64,000 nucleotides of DNA from Acidobacteriota bacterium (lineage in GTDB: Bacteria > Acidobacteriota > Thermoanaerobaculia > Gp7-AA8), in assembly GCA_021325515.1 (NCBI GenBank), contig JAJPHC010000001.1, positions 68,248 to 132,247 of the forward strand, read 5' to 3'. Shown here one piece after another: positions 55,185 through 64,000 of this stretch. Each line of letters begins with the position of its first letter. The first letter of the stretch is position 1. Under the pieces are notes generated by a model that was not told the origin of the DNA, did no database searches, and worked only from the letters and a program-made list of their open reading frames with translations. A program made the translations under genes and the position numbers.

Positions 55185-55601
55185 ATGCGCGATCTCGACC
55201 TCGGCAACGGCATTCTCGTCCCGGCCCCATTGCTCAGGGCCGCAACATCCCGCAGCGGCGGGCCGGGCGGGCAGAACGTCAACAAGGTGGAGTCACGCGT
55301 CACGATCGAAGTCGACATCGCTGCGCTTCCTCTCACGGATGAACAGAAGGCGCTCGTGCAGGCGCGGCTTGCGGGCCGCATCAACAAGGACGGCGTCCTC
55401 CGCGTGACGTCGCAGGCGGAGCGGAGCCAGCTCGCGAATCGCGACCGGGCACTGGCGCGGCTGGAAGAGCTGCTGCGGGATGCGCTCGTCGTGCAGAAGA
55501 AGCGGAAGCGAACGAAGGCGTCGAAGGCGCAGAAAGAGAAGCGGCTCGACGAGAAGAAGAAGCGAGGGGAAAAGAAGAAGTTGCGGTCGCGCCCATTCTG
55601 A
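55185..55601 (+). CDS. arfB: peptidyl-tRNA hydrolase ArfB (alternative ribosome-rescue factor B)
   Basis: GGQ motif SGGPGGQNVNKVESRV and a basic C-terminal tail KKRKRTKASKAQKEKRLDEKKKRGEKKKLRSRPF. ATG 55185 is preferred over TTG 55173. Confidence 0.85.
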   Translation: MRDLDLGNGILVPAPLLRAATSRSGGPGGQNVNKVESRVTIEVDIAALPLTDEQKALVQARLAGRINKDGVLRVTSQAERSQLANRDRALARLEELLRDALVVQKKRKRTKASKAQKEKRLDEKKKRGEKKKLRSRPF

Positions 55602-55675
55602 GTGAAGCGACTCTTCCTGCGTTTGAAGAGTGGGTTTCGCGGCGCCCTGGTTGATGCTTCGCTTCGCTCAGCATT
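55595..55675. repeat. REP/MITE-like family, locus D (degenerate, shortened copy)
   Basis: CATTCTGAGTGAAGCGAC ... TTTCGCGGCGCCCTGGTTGATGCTTCGCTTCGCTCAGCAT. The left arm contains the arfB TGA (55599-55601). Confidence 0.7.
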
Positions 55676-55685
55676 ACCCTTGGGC

Positions 55686-57032
55686 ATGCGCAGACTTTTT
55701 TTTCTCCTCGCGCTTGCCGCGCCGCTCTTCGCCCAGGAGTACGACAGGACCGTCACGGAGATCCTCGCGAAATCGGGCGCGCCGAGCGCGTCGATCGCGA
55801 TCGTGCGCGACGGCAGGATCGTCTACGAGCATGCTTATGGTCAGGCGCGGCTCGATCCGCCGATGGCAGCAGCGCCGCAGATGCGCTACAGCATCGGCTC
55901 GATCAGCAAGCAGTTCACCGCTGCTGCCGTGCTTCTGCTCGCCGAGGAAGGAAAGCTCGCCCTCGATGACAAGGTCGTGCGCTGGCTTCCGGAGCTCACG
56001 CGCGCGAAGGACGTCACCATCCGGCAACTCCTCTCGATGACCTCCGGTTATCAGGACTTCTGGCCGCAGGACTACGTGATGCCGATGATGAAGAAGCCTG
56101 TGACGCCGCAGGCGATCCTCAGCGGCTGGGCGAAGATTCCGCTCGATTTCGAGCCGGGTGCGAAGTGGCAATACAGCAACACGAACTACGTCATCGCGGG
56201 TCTCATCGTGGAGAAGGTCGCAGGCCGGCCGTTGCTCGAATTTCTCCAGGAGCGCGTCTTCACGCCGCTGAAAATGACGACCGTGACGAACACGGATGAA
56301 GCGCCGCTTGGCCCGAACGAGCCGATGCGCTATCTCCGCTACGCGGCAGGCCCTCCGCGCCCCGCGCCGAAAGAAGGCGCCGGCTGGATGTTCGCGGCGG
56401 GCGAGCTGGCGATGACCGCGCACGACCTCGCGCTCTGGGACATCTCGATGATCGAGCAGAGTGTGCTGCAGCCCTCGTCCTATCGGGCGATGGAGACGGA
56501 GACTCTGCTCACCAGCGGCGTCGGATCGCACTACGGCCTCGGCGTCTCCGTCAACACGGTCGACGGCCGCCGCCAGATTTCTCACGGAGGCGAGGTCTCC
56601 GGCTTCACCGCTCGCAATGAGGTCTACCCCGACGAGCGCGTCGCGATCGTCGTGCAAACCAATCTCGACGCGACGAACGCATCCGAGCTGATCGCGAGCG
56701 CGCTGGCGAAGCAGATCTTCGCGACGACCGATCAGACTGCACTCGCCCTCGTGCAGCGCGTCTTCACAACGCTGCAGAAAGGGGAGATCGATCGAGCGCT
56801 GTTCACGCCGAACGCGAATTCGTATTTCGACGAGATCGCGCTCAGGGACTTCGCGGCGAGCCTCGGCCCCCTCGGCACTCCGAAGGAGTTCACGCAGATC
56901 GCGCAGTCGCTGCGCGGCGGCATGACACTGCGCCGCTATCGCATCGTCTTCCCTAACCGGACGCTGCGTCTCACCACCTTCACGATGCCCGACGGGAAGC
57001 TCGAGCAGTACCAGATCGCCGTCGTGGATTGA
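55686..57032 (+). CDS. secreted serine hydrolase, beta-lactamase/PBP4* family
   Basis: ORF 55602..57032 trimmed to ATG 55686 (MRRLFFLLALAAPLFAQ signal). SxxK motif SIGSISKQF. Confidence 0.82.
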   Translation: MRRLFFLLALAAPLFAQEYDRTVTEILAKSGAPSASIAIVRDGRIVYEHAYGQARLDPPMAAAPQMRYSIGSISKQFTAAAVLLLAEEGKLALDDKVVRWLPELTRAKDVTIRQLLSMTSGYQDFWPQDYVMPMMKKPVTPQAILSGWAKIPLDFEPGAKWQYSNTNYVIAGLIVEKVAGRPLLEFLQERVFTPLKMTTVTNTDEAPLGPNEPMRYLRYAAGPPRPAPKEGAGWMFAAGELAMTAHDLALWDISMIEQSVLQPSSYRAMETETLLTSGVGSHYGLGVSVNTVDGRRQISHGGEVSGFTARNEVYPDERVAIVVQTNLDATNASELIASALAKQIFATTDQTALALVQRVFTTLQKGEIDRALFTPNANSYFDEIALRDFAASLGPLGTPKEFTQIAQSLRGGMTLRRYRIVFPNRTLRLTTFTMPDGKLEQYQIAVVD

Positions 57033-57044
57033 GGACGAGCGTTC

Positions 57045-60000
57045 CTATCGGCATCCATTACGCAGCTCCGTGATGTGGATTGCGCGCACTGCCGTCCCCG
57101 GAATGACCGCGTCGCTATAGGCAAGCCGCGGCAGCCCGAGGGCGTAGCGCGCCTGGTCGAGAGCAAGGCGGAGGTCCGCGACATGGATTGCGGTCACAAT
57201 GCCATTCGACGGCAGCAGACTGTAGGCGAATGCCGGCAGACCTGCCCTCAGTCGCAGTCCATCGATCGCCGACCGCAATTCCAATATATGAGCGGCTTTG
57301 ATGCGAGTCTGGCGAGCGATGATCGGATCGTCGGAGAATGTGACAGAGGGGAGCGCCACCGGGGGGCCGGTCAACCTCAAGTGAAGTGAGCCTCCGGTCG
57401 TGCCGTAAGACGCGACGCTGATGTAGTACGTAGAGCCTGCGGTCGCGTTGAACGTAACCGACGATTGCACTCCACCGTTGATGTCGTCATTACAGGCGAT
57501 TGCGGTATAGGAGCCGCAAGAACCCGTCCAGACACTCAGGACCGTGTCGTAATTGCTTCCGAACGTGTCAATCGTGACCGTGCCGTTCGTCCTGGGTGTG
57601 AAGCGGTACCAGGCGGACCGGTTGCGTGCTCCGTTTCCGCATGACGGCGTCGGGTCGTTCGTCGCGGTCGTGTAAGCGCTCGAGTCCTGTATGTGCGAAA
57701 AACTGTTGTTGGGAATCGCAATGCTGTTGCCGCAGTCGTCGCTCTTCGGCTCCCACATCTTGATGGCACCATTGCCGGTATCTGCAATGTACACAGTGCC
57801 GGACCGGTCGAGGGCGACGCCATAGGGTGCATTGAGGCCGGAGCTGACGACGGTAGTCACTTGTCCTGTAACCGGATCCCAGCGCCGGATCGCGTTGGCG
57901 CTGACATCTGCGATGTACAACTGGCCGGCGTCGTTGACCGCGACGGAGAATGGCCAGGCAAGGCCGGACGCAAGTGTCGAGATGATGCCCGTCTGTGCAT
58001 CCCACTTCTTGACCGATGTGCTGCTGTTCGGGTCTGCGATATACGCATTGCCGGCGCCGTCGAGTGCAACTCCTGTGGGGCTGTTGAAGCCAGTGATAGC
58101 GGTCGTCATTACGCCCGCGATCGGGTTCCAGCGCGAGATATAGCTGGACGAGTCTGCGATCCAGAGTCTCCCTTCGGCGTCGAACGTCAATCCCCAGGGG
58201 AGATAAGCGGAGGTGAGGATTCTGGGGCTGCTCGTCCCCGCCGCGATCTTGAGCAGTTGGTAGTTGATGCCGGCATAGACGTTGTTGCTTGCGTCGACTG
58301 CGATGCCGATGGGGCTGGAGACGTTCGCGATGGTGCTGATCGTTCCGGCAGCCTTCGTCCACTTTTTGATCATGCTTGCGCCGGTCTCGGCGATGTAGAT
58401 ATCGCCACTGGCGTTGAGCGCGAGCGCTTGCGGCTGGTACAGGCCGCTGACGAGAGTGACCGTCTCCGGCGCCACGGCGCCGTAAGTGACGGTCACCGTT
58501 CTCGCGGACGCAGGCATCGTCAGCGAATTCGATGTCGATGTGCTCGAGTCGTTGTTCGTTCCCGACCAGCTGCTGACCGTCCATCCGCTCGAGGGCGAGG
58601 CTGTCAGTTGAATCGATTCGCCGGCGATGTATTGGCCGCTGCTGCAGCCGGTCGAATTGGCGGGAGTGGCCGCTGGATCGGAACCCTGTCCACTATGCGA
58701 CCGTGTGAGCGCATAACAGGTGGCCGGAATCTGCGTATACGTGACGCTCACAGTGCGCGCAGCGGCGGGCATCGTGACGCTGTTCGAGGCCGTCGTCGAC
58801 GAGTCGTTGTTCGTGCCCGACCAACCGGCGACACTCCATCCGCTGGATGGTGAGGCTGTCAGTTGAATCGATTCCCCTGCGATGTATTGGCCGGCAGCGC
58901 ACCCTGATGAGTTGGCGGGCGTCGCCGCCGGATCGGCGCCCTGGCCACTGTGCGTGCGCGTGAGCGTATAGCAGGTCGGAGGAATCTGTGTGTAGGTGAC
59001 GCTCACCGTGCGGGCAGCGGCCGGCATGGTCACGCTGTTCGCTGCCGACGTCGACGCGTCATTGTTCGTGCCGGACCAGCCGGCGACGCTCCATCCGCCG
59101 GAAGGGGACGCCGTCAGTTGAATCGACTCGCCGGCGATGTATTGGCCGGCAGCGCATCCGGATGAATTGGCTGGAGTCGCCACGGGATCGGAGCCCTGGC
59201 CACTGTGCGTGCGCGTGAGCGTGTAGCAGGTCGGCGGAATCTGTGTGTAAGTGACGCTCACTGTGCGGGCGGCGGCCGGCATGGTTACGCTGTTCGTTGC
59301 CGACGTCGACGCATCATTGTTCGTGCCCGACCAGCCGGCGACGCTCCATCCACTGGAGGGGGATGCGGTCAGTTGAATCGATTCTCCGGCGATGTACTGG
59401 CCTGTTGTACAACCGGACGAGTTGCCGGGAGTGGCCGCAGGATCGGTACCCTGGCCACTGTGCGTGCGAGTGAGCGCATAACACGTTGGCGGAGTCTGTG
59501 TGTAAGTGACGCTTACAGTGCGAGCGGCGGCCGGCATCGTGAGCGAATTGGAGGTGGAGGTGCTCGAGTTGTTGTTCGTGCCGGACCAGCCGCTGACCTG
59601 CCAGCCCGAGGCGGGCGACGCCGTCAGTTGAATCGATTCTCCGGAAACATACTGGCCGCTGCTGCAGCCGGACGAATTCGATGGCGTCGCCGTGGGATCG
59701 CCGCCTTGCCCGGAATGAGTCAACGTCAGTGTGTAGCAGGTTGGTGGAATCTGGCTGTACGCGACGCCGACGGTTCGCGCCGATGACGGCATCGTCAATG
59801 CGTTCGAACTGGAGGTGCTGGAATCATTGTTCGTGCCCGACCAGCTGCTGACCTGCCAGCCGCTGGAAGGTGTGGCCGTCAGTTGAATGGATTCGCCGGA
59901 CAGATACTGGCCGCTGGAGCACCCCGTCGAGTTTGCGGGCGACGCGGCGGGGTCGCTGCCGCTTCCGGAATGACCGCGCGTCAGCGTGTAACACGAGGGC

Positions 60001-61790
60001 GTTGTTGCGCAAGCGCTCGTCGAGGGAATGCCATCGCAGGTCGATGAATAAACGCGTGCGGTATAGCAGTGATATCCGGACACCGAGTCGTCATACGTCG
60101 TATTGGGGCCGGTGTAGATCGGCGTGCTGCCGCCATCGCGATAGATCTTGAACCCGTTGACGTTCTGCGTGCTGCTCACCGTGATGCGGATCTTGCTGGG
60201 AGAAATCGCGGAGGCAGAGATCGAGGGTGCTTCGTACCAGTCGACCTCCTTGACGCTCACGTTGTCGATGAACGCGCCCTTGTTGCGAAAGGAGCCGTCC
60301 GTGCTGAAGAGCCAGTAGATTCTCAGTGCATCGCCTGGCCAGGAGCTGTTGTCGTAGTACGACCAGCCTGAGGTCGTCGTGTCCGTGGACCACAATTGAG
60401 TCAGCGTTCCTGATCGGTCGACGCCGATGGCGAAGAAGTCACAGGCGTTCGTCCCTGAGTAACACGTCTCCAGGCCGGGGATGTCATAGTCGAAATACAG
60501 CGATCGCGTCGAGCATGACGCTGGCAGTGCGCTCTGCTGAGGGGTCTCGACGTAGGCGTCGACATTGTTTGCATAGAAGTAGCTGCTGGAGTCGCACACG
60601 TCGGTCGTCACGCCGCCGGCACACCAGAGCGCTCTTGTGCCGGTTTTGACGGGGAGACCCGTCAAGGTCGCGCTCGTGATCCCGCACAGGTACATCGTCG
60701 AGGCGATCGCGCCCCACGAGTTGGCGCCGCCGCCGCCCTTCACCCAATTCTGGGGTACGGCTCCTGCCGATTGAGGAGCAATCGGTGAGCCTTTGCATGC
60801 GGTCAGCCCTTCGAAGTCGGCGCTGACCAGCGTGCTTCCGATTGACGAAGGCAAAGGGGCGGGATTCTGACGCGCTTCCAGGGTCAGCGTAATGCGATGG
60901 TCTTTCGTCGCCCGTATGTCATTGAGCGGTACCGCAATGACGATGCGGCCGGGATCGCCGGACAGCAGGGCCATTCGCAGCCGGATCGGTTTCGCCTCTC
61001 CCTGCGGCACATAGGTCACACTGGGCATCTCGATGCTATAGGCGTGTTCGCCGGCAAGGAATGTGTAGCGTTTCCACAAAGGGTCGTAATCGGACACTGA
61101 GAGGTCCGGCACAGTTTCCGTCAGGATGACGTCGCCGCCCGCGGGCGCGGCCATGAGGCTGGCGTCGACCTCAACGTTGTACTGCACCATCGAACCACTG
61201 ACAGTGCGGTCGGCGCGCAAGCCTCCTGTAATCACGGGCGGTGCGTCATCGAAGAGCGCGCGTGGCACATCATCGCGTCGAATGGCATTGGCCGCCGGAT
61301 GGAATGCGACGATTCGCCGGTCACCGGCGACCTCGAGCATCTGCTGGCTTCCGCCTTTTGTCGCGCGAATACTGATTTGGCCGTTTTCCAGTTGCGCTGG
61401 CGTCCACCTCAGGCGCCGCAAGACGGACGAGCCGGCCGGAATCGTGTAATCGAAGGGCTCATTCTCCGTCGATTCGGGAGAGTGCCTTGTCACCATGCCG
61501 CTCGTATGAATCGATCCGACGGAGACCGCTGCTGTACCCGATGCCGCCGGAATCGCTGTAAGGCGCAGATACACCGAACCTTCATTGACCTCGAGCGCCG
61601 CAGCAATCTGTGGCGACGCCGCGTTGTAGCCGGCGCTCACGTGCGGGACGATGCTTGCGCCTTCGGCCGTTGCGCGTCCAAACGATACTTCTGCTGTAAA
61701 TCGTTGGGGATTGCCGGGCGTCGCCGCGAGAATCGCGATATTCGAGAGACCGAGTGCGACGAGGAGTACAGCCGCGTTGCGTCCGACCAT
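57045..61790 (-). CDS. 1581-aa secreted surface protein: N-terminal region, FN3-like, six InlB-B-repeat-like modules, NHL propeller, pre-peptidase-C-terminal-like domain, C-terminal HxxELR repeats
   Basis: Signal MVGRNAAVLLVALGLSNIAILAA. Six 85-aa repeats CYTLTRTHSGQG..GESIQLTASP..GW.V.GWSG. NHL blades (GIAVDASNNVYAG, GLTFDAEGRLWIAD, GVALDGAGNAYIAD, SVAVNDAGQLYIAD, GVALDRSGTVYIAD). PPC-like DDCGNSIAI..WYRFTP..YDTVLSVW..CNDD. Confidence 0.85.
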   Translation of the reverse strand: MVGRNAAVLLVALGLSNIAILAATPGNPQRFTAEVSFGRATAEGASIVPHVSAGYNAASPQIAAALEVNEGSVYLRLTAIPAASGTAAVSVGSIHTSGMVTRHSPESTENEPFDYTIPAGSSVLRRLRWTPAQLENGQISIRATKGGSQQMLEVAGDRRIVAFHPAANAIRRDDVPRALFDDAPPVITGGLRADRTVSGSMVQYNVEVDASLMAAPAGGDVILTETVPDLSVSDYDPLWKRYTFLAGEHAYSIEMPSVTYVPQGEAKPIRLRMALLSGDPGRIVIAVPLNDIRATKDHRITLTLEARQNPAPLPSSIGSTLVSADFEGLTACKGSPIAPQSAGAVPQNWVKGGGGANSWGAIASTMYLCGITSATLTGLPVKTGTRALWCAGGVTTDVCDSSSYFYANNVDAYVETPQQSALPASCSTRSLYFDYDIPGLETCYSGTNACDFFAIGVDRSGTLTQLWSTDTTTSGWSYYDNSSWPGDALRIYWLFSTDGSFRNKGAFIDNVSVKEVDWYEAPSISASAISPSKIRITVSSTQNVNGFKIYRDGGSTPIYTGPNTTYDDSVSGYHCYTARVYSSTCDGIPSTSACATTPSCYTLTRGHSGSGSDPAASPANSTGCSSGQYLSGESIQLTATPSSGWQVSSWSGTNNDSSTSSSNALTMPSSARTVGVAYSQIPPTCYTLTLTHSGQGGDPTATPSNSSGCSSGQYVSGESIQLTASPASGWQVSGWSGTNNNSSTSTSNSLTMPAAARTVSVTYTQTPPTCYALTRTHSGQGTDPAATPGNSSGCTTGQYIAGESIQLTASPSSGWSVAGWSGTNNDASTSATNSVTMPAAARTVSVTYTQIPPTCYTLTRTHSGQGSDPVATPANSSGCAAGQYIAGESIQLTASPSGGWSVAGWSGTNNDASTSAANSVTMPAAARTVSVTYTQIPPTCYTLTRTHSGQGADPAATPANSSGCAAGQYIAGESIQLTASPSSGWSVAGWSGTNNDSSTTASNSVTMPAAARTVSVTYTQIPATCYALTRSHSGQGSDPAATPANSTGCSSGQYIAGESIQLTASPSSGWTVSSWSGTNNDSSTSTSNSLTMPASARTVTVTYGAVAPETVTLVSGLYQPQALALNASGDIYIAETGASMIKKWTKAAGTISTIANVSSPIGIAVDASNNVYAGINYQLLKIAAGTSSPRILTSAYLPWGLTFDAEGRLWIADSSSYISRWNPIAGVMTTAITGFNSPTGVALDGAGNAYIADPNSSTSVKKWDAQTGIISTLASGLAWPFSVAVNDAGQLYIADVSANAIRRWDPVTGQVTTVVSSGLNAPYGVALDRSGTVYIADTGNGAIKMWEPKSDDCGNSIAIPNNSFSHIQDSSAYTTATNDPTPSCGNGARNRSAWYRFTPRTNGTVTIDTFGSNYDTVLSVWTGSCGSYTAIACNDDINGGVQSSVTFNATAGSTYYISVASYGTTGGSLHLRLTGPPVALPSVTFSDDPIIARQTRIKAAHILELRSAIDGLRLRAGLPAFAYSLLPSNGIVTAIHVADLRLALDQARYALGLPRLAYSDAVIPGTAVRAIHITELRNGCR
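58464..59993 (-). repeat. six tandem 255-bp intragenic repeats
   Basis: The anchor GTGAC(G/C)... recurs at 58486, 58741, 58996, 59251, 59506 and 59761 (exact 255-nt spacing). The central copies are nearly identical at the DNA level. Confidence 0.9.
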
Positions 61791-61913
61791 GATCGGTTCC
61801 TTCTCGCAAAAACTGTTTGACGGATCTGAAGGAGAATTTGGACGAACGCGATTGTAGGAATCGGCCGAAGGGGAGGCCTGTGTTGACTGTCACACGGCTG
61901 TGCTGCGCCGCGT

Positions 61914-64000
61914 CTATGACAACAACAGATCGAGATCTTCGGGTGTCAGGCCGCGCAACACGCTGTTGTTCTCGCCGATGATCGCGTCGGCCAGAGCGCG
62001 CTTGCTCTCCTGCAGCGCGAGGATCTTTTCCTCGATCGTGTCGCGTGCGACGAGGCGATACGCGAAGACGCGGCGCTGCTGGCCGATGCGATGTGCGCGA
62101 TCGATCGCCTGGGCCTCCACTGCCGGATTCCACCAGGGATCGAGCAGGAACACGTATTCCGCCGCGGTGAGATTGAGTCCGAGTCCGCCCGCCTTCAGGC
62201 TGATGAGAAACAGCGACGGACCATCGGCGCTCTGAAACCGCTCGACCTCGCGGTCGCGCGCCTTCGTCTTGCCGTCGAGATAGCAATAGTCGACCGACTT
62301 CGCATCGAGCCGCTCGCGCACGATCGATAAGAAACTGGTGAACTGCGAGAACACCAGGACCTTGTGATTCTCCGAAAGCACGACGTCGAGCTCGGACATC
62401 AGCGATTCGAGCTTCGCACTCTCGTCTTTCGCGAAGTCCTTCCGGATCAGACCGGGATGACAGGAAGCCTGGCGAAGCCGGAGCAGTGCCTCGAGGACAT
62501 AGATCTTCGACTTCTGCATCCCTTCCGCGGCGACGCGCGCGAGCAGCAACTGTCGATAGTGCGCGCGCAGATCGTCGTAGAGCTTTCGCTGTGCTTCGCC
62601 GAGCTCGCAGTGAATCGTCTGTTCGACGCAGGGGGGCAATTCGCGCGCGACCTGTTCTTTCGTCCGGCGCAGGATGAAGGGTCGCACCGCGCGCGCCAGC
62701 GTGCGCCGGTCCGCTTCGTCGCGAGGCCGCAACAGCTCCGGCAGTGTTCCTTTGCGCTTGCCGAACATTCCGGGATTCAGGAACTCGGAGAGGCTCCAGA
62801 GCTCGCCGAGGTGATTCTCGATCGGCGTGCCGCTGAGCGCGAGACGGTGTTGCGCGCGCAGGAGACGCGCGGCTTTCGACGCCTGGCTCGAAGCGCTCTT
62901 GATCGCCTGCGCCTCGTCGAGGATCGCGTAGTCGAACTCGATCTCCGAGAGCCAGGTGATGTCGCGGCGCAGCGTGCCGTACGTCGTCAGCACGAGATCG
63001 GCGTCGTTGAACGCATCTTTGCCGCGTGCGCGCCCCGAGCCGCTGGAGTCGACGACGCGCAGTTCGGGAGTGAAGCGCGCCGCCTCTTCCTTCCAGTTGA
63101 AGATGAGCGAGCGCGGCACGACGACGAGCGACGGGCGTTGGCTCGCGTTGCGCCGCGACTCGAGCAGCGCGAGCACCTGAATCGTCTTGCCGAGTCCCAT
63201 GTCATCGGCGAGGCAGCCGCCGAACTTCAGCTCGCGAAGCCATTCGAACCAGCCGAGGCCATCACGCTGGTAGTCGCGCAGGGTTCCGCGGAATGTCTCC
63301 GGTGCGCGGCCCGCCACGATTTCTTTTTCGAGCCTGGTGCGTGCCGCGAGCAATTGCTCATCGAAGTGTGCATCGGGCCGCGCTTCGAGCAGGACGTCGA
63401 GGATGCCGGCCTGCGAAGGGCGATAACGAAGGCCGCGATCCGTCTCCTCCGCCGCGAGGTCGATGAGCGGCTGCAGGCTCGCCAGCCAGTCGCCGGGAAT
63501 CATCGCCAGAGTGCCGTCGTCGAGCGTCATGATCGATTCGCCCTTGCGCGCGGCCTCGAGCAGGTCGGGGAGCGAGACATGTTGATCGCCGAAGATCGCT
63601 TCGCCGTTCAGATCGAACCAGTCGATCCCGGAGGAGATCTCGATGCGGAAGTCGCTCGCGGTGCGGTACGTCCCTTGTTCTCCCTCGATGCGCCAGCCGC
63701 GCGAGAGGAGAGCATGAATGACGGAATCGAGCTTCCGCGGGTCGATGTGGTGCGAGGCTCCGAGGCCTTTGAGCGTTAATCTCGCGGCGAGCTCCGCATC
63801 CACATCGCGATGGATCACCGTGCGCGCTTCTTCCCTGAAGATCGGCCCAGGATCGCTGTCCCCCTCGGCGCGCGTCCCCTGGTAATCGAAGCAGAGCGAG
63901 GTGGTGTAGCCGTAACCGAAGCGCTCCTTGCGGATGGTGAGGCAGGGGACCGGCGCGATGTGGATGTCGGTGATGCGCAGTTCATCCGGCATCGCGAATT
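61914..64000 (-). CDS. SNF2-family helicase/ATPase (probably N-terminally incomplete at the window edge)
   Basis: Motif I LADDMGLGKT, motif II LDEAQAIKS, helicase-C LISLKAGGLGLNLTAAEYVFLLDPWWNPAVEAQAIDRAHRIGQ. The frame is open at 63992 close to the window end. Confidence 0.85.
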   Translation of the reverse strand, partial: FAMPDELRITDIHIAPVPCLTIRKERFGYGYTTSLCFDYQGTRAEGDSDPGPIFREEARTVIHRDVDAELAARLTLKGLGASHHIDPRKLDSVIHALLSRGWRIEGEQGTYRTASDFRIEISSGIDWFDLNGEAIFGDQHVSLPDLLEAARKGESIMTLDDGTLAMIPGDWLASLQPLIDLAAEETDRGLRYRPSQAGILDVLLEARPDAHFDEQLLAARTRLEKEIVAGRAPETFRGTLRDYQRDGLGWFEWLRELKFGGCLADDMGLGKTIQVLALLESRRNASQRPSLVVVPRSLIFNWKEEAARFTPELRVVDSSGSGRARGKDAFNDADLVLTTYGTLRRDITWLSEIEFDYAILDEAQAIKSASSQASKAARLLRAQHRLALSGTPIENHLGELWSLSEFLNPGMFGKRKGTLPELLRPRDEADRRTLARAVRPFILRRTKEQVARELPPCVEQTIHCELGEAQRKLYDDLRAHYRQLLLARVAAEGMQKSKIYVLEALLRLRQASCHPGLIRKDFAKDESAKLESLMSELDVVLSENHKVLVFSQFTSFLSIVRERLDAKSVDYCYLDGKTKARDREVERFQSADGPSLFLISLKAGGLGLNLTAAEYVFLLDPWWNPAVEAQAIDRAHRIGQQRRVFAYRLVARDTIEEKILALQESKRALADAIIGENNSVLRGLTPEDLDLLLS

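Noticed and set aside
55171-55230. Upstream extension of the 54778 minus-strand ORF, and TTG 55173 as the arfB start
   Set aside because: The extension (MGPGRECRCRGRDR..) overlaps arfB and is Arg/Cys-rich. ATG 55170 (minus strand) and ATG 55185 (plus strand) give non-overlapping divergent genes. The very short spacer still leaves the start of the 130-aa ORF uncertain.

Overview
64-kb chromosomal window from a high-GC diderm bacterium. Hand-counted 60-nt samples give 58-70 % GC in core genes. The lineage guess, Acidobacteriota-like, rests only on gene content and repeat types. In order the window holds: (i) a complete System-I cytochrome c maturation operon ccmABCDEFGHI (407-7743). (ii) A PspA/IM30 gene embedded among two classic AAA+ ATPases, TPR and coiled-coil membrane proteins and a PBP-OmpA + ABC transporter module (7799-17970); this is my top candidate for an experimentally uncharacterised system. 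(iii) A TPP riboswitch followed by a TonB-dependent receptor, a PnuC-family transporter and a NadR-like P-loop kinase (18176-21646). (iv) A ~9.3-kb segment bracketed by a 22-nt direct repeat (21631-30958), holding an IS630 transposase remnant, a low-GC putative immunity gene and a 2543-aa teneurin-like Rhs polymorphic toxin (NHL/IPT/TTR/NHL/YD-shell). (v) An ECF sigma / cupin anti-sigma pair. (vi) Alternative complex III actABCDEF plus an accessory gene, SCO and caa3 oxidase ctaCDEF (32547-44996). (vii) Housekeeping and accessory genes, including a divergent pair of citrate-synthase-family genes, one fused to an HTH, with an AT-rich palindrome between them. (viii) A 1581-aa surface protein with six 255-bp tandem repeats. 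(ix) A partial SNF2 helicase. Non-coding structure comprises a ~117-bp hairpin REP/MITE-like family at four loci, three hairpins whose arms are tandem heptamers, and a 28-nt mini-hairpin embedded in two coding regions. I saw no rRNA, tRNA or CRISPR by eye. All domain calls come from motif recognition in the translated ORFs; no searches were run.
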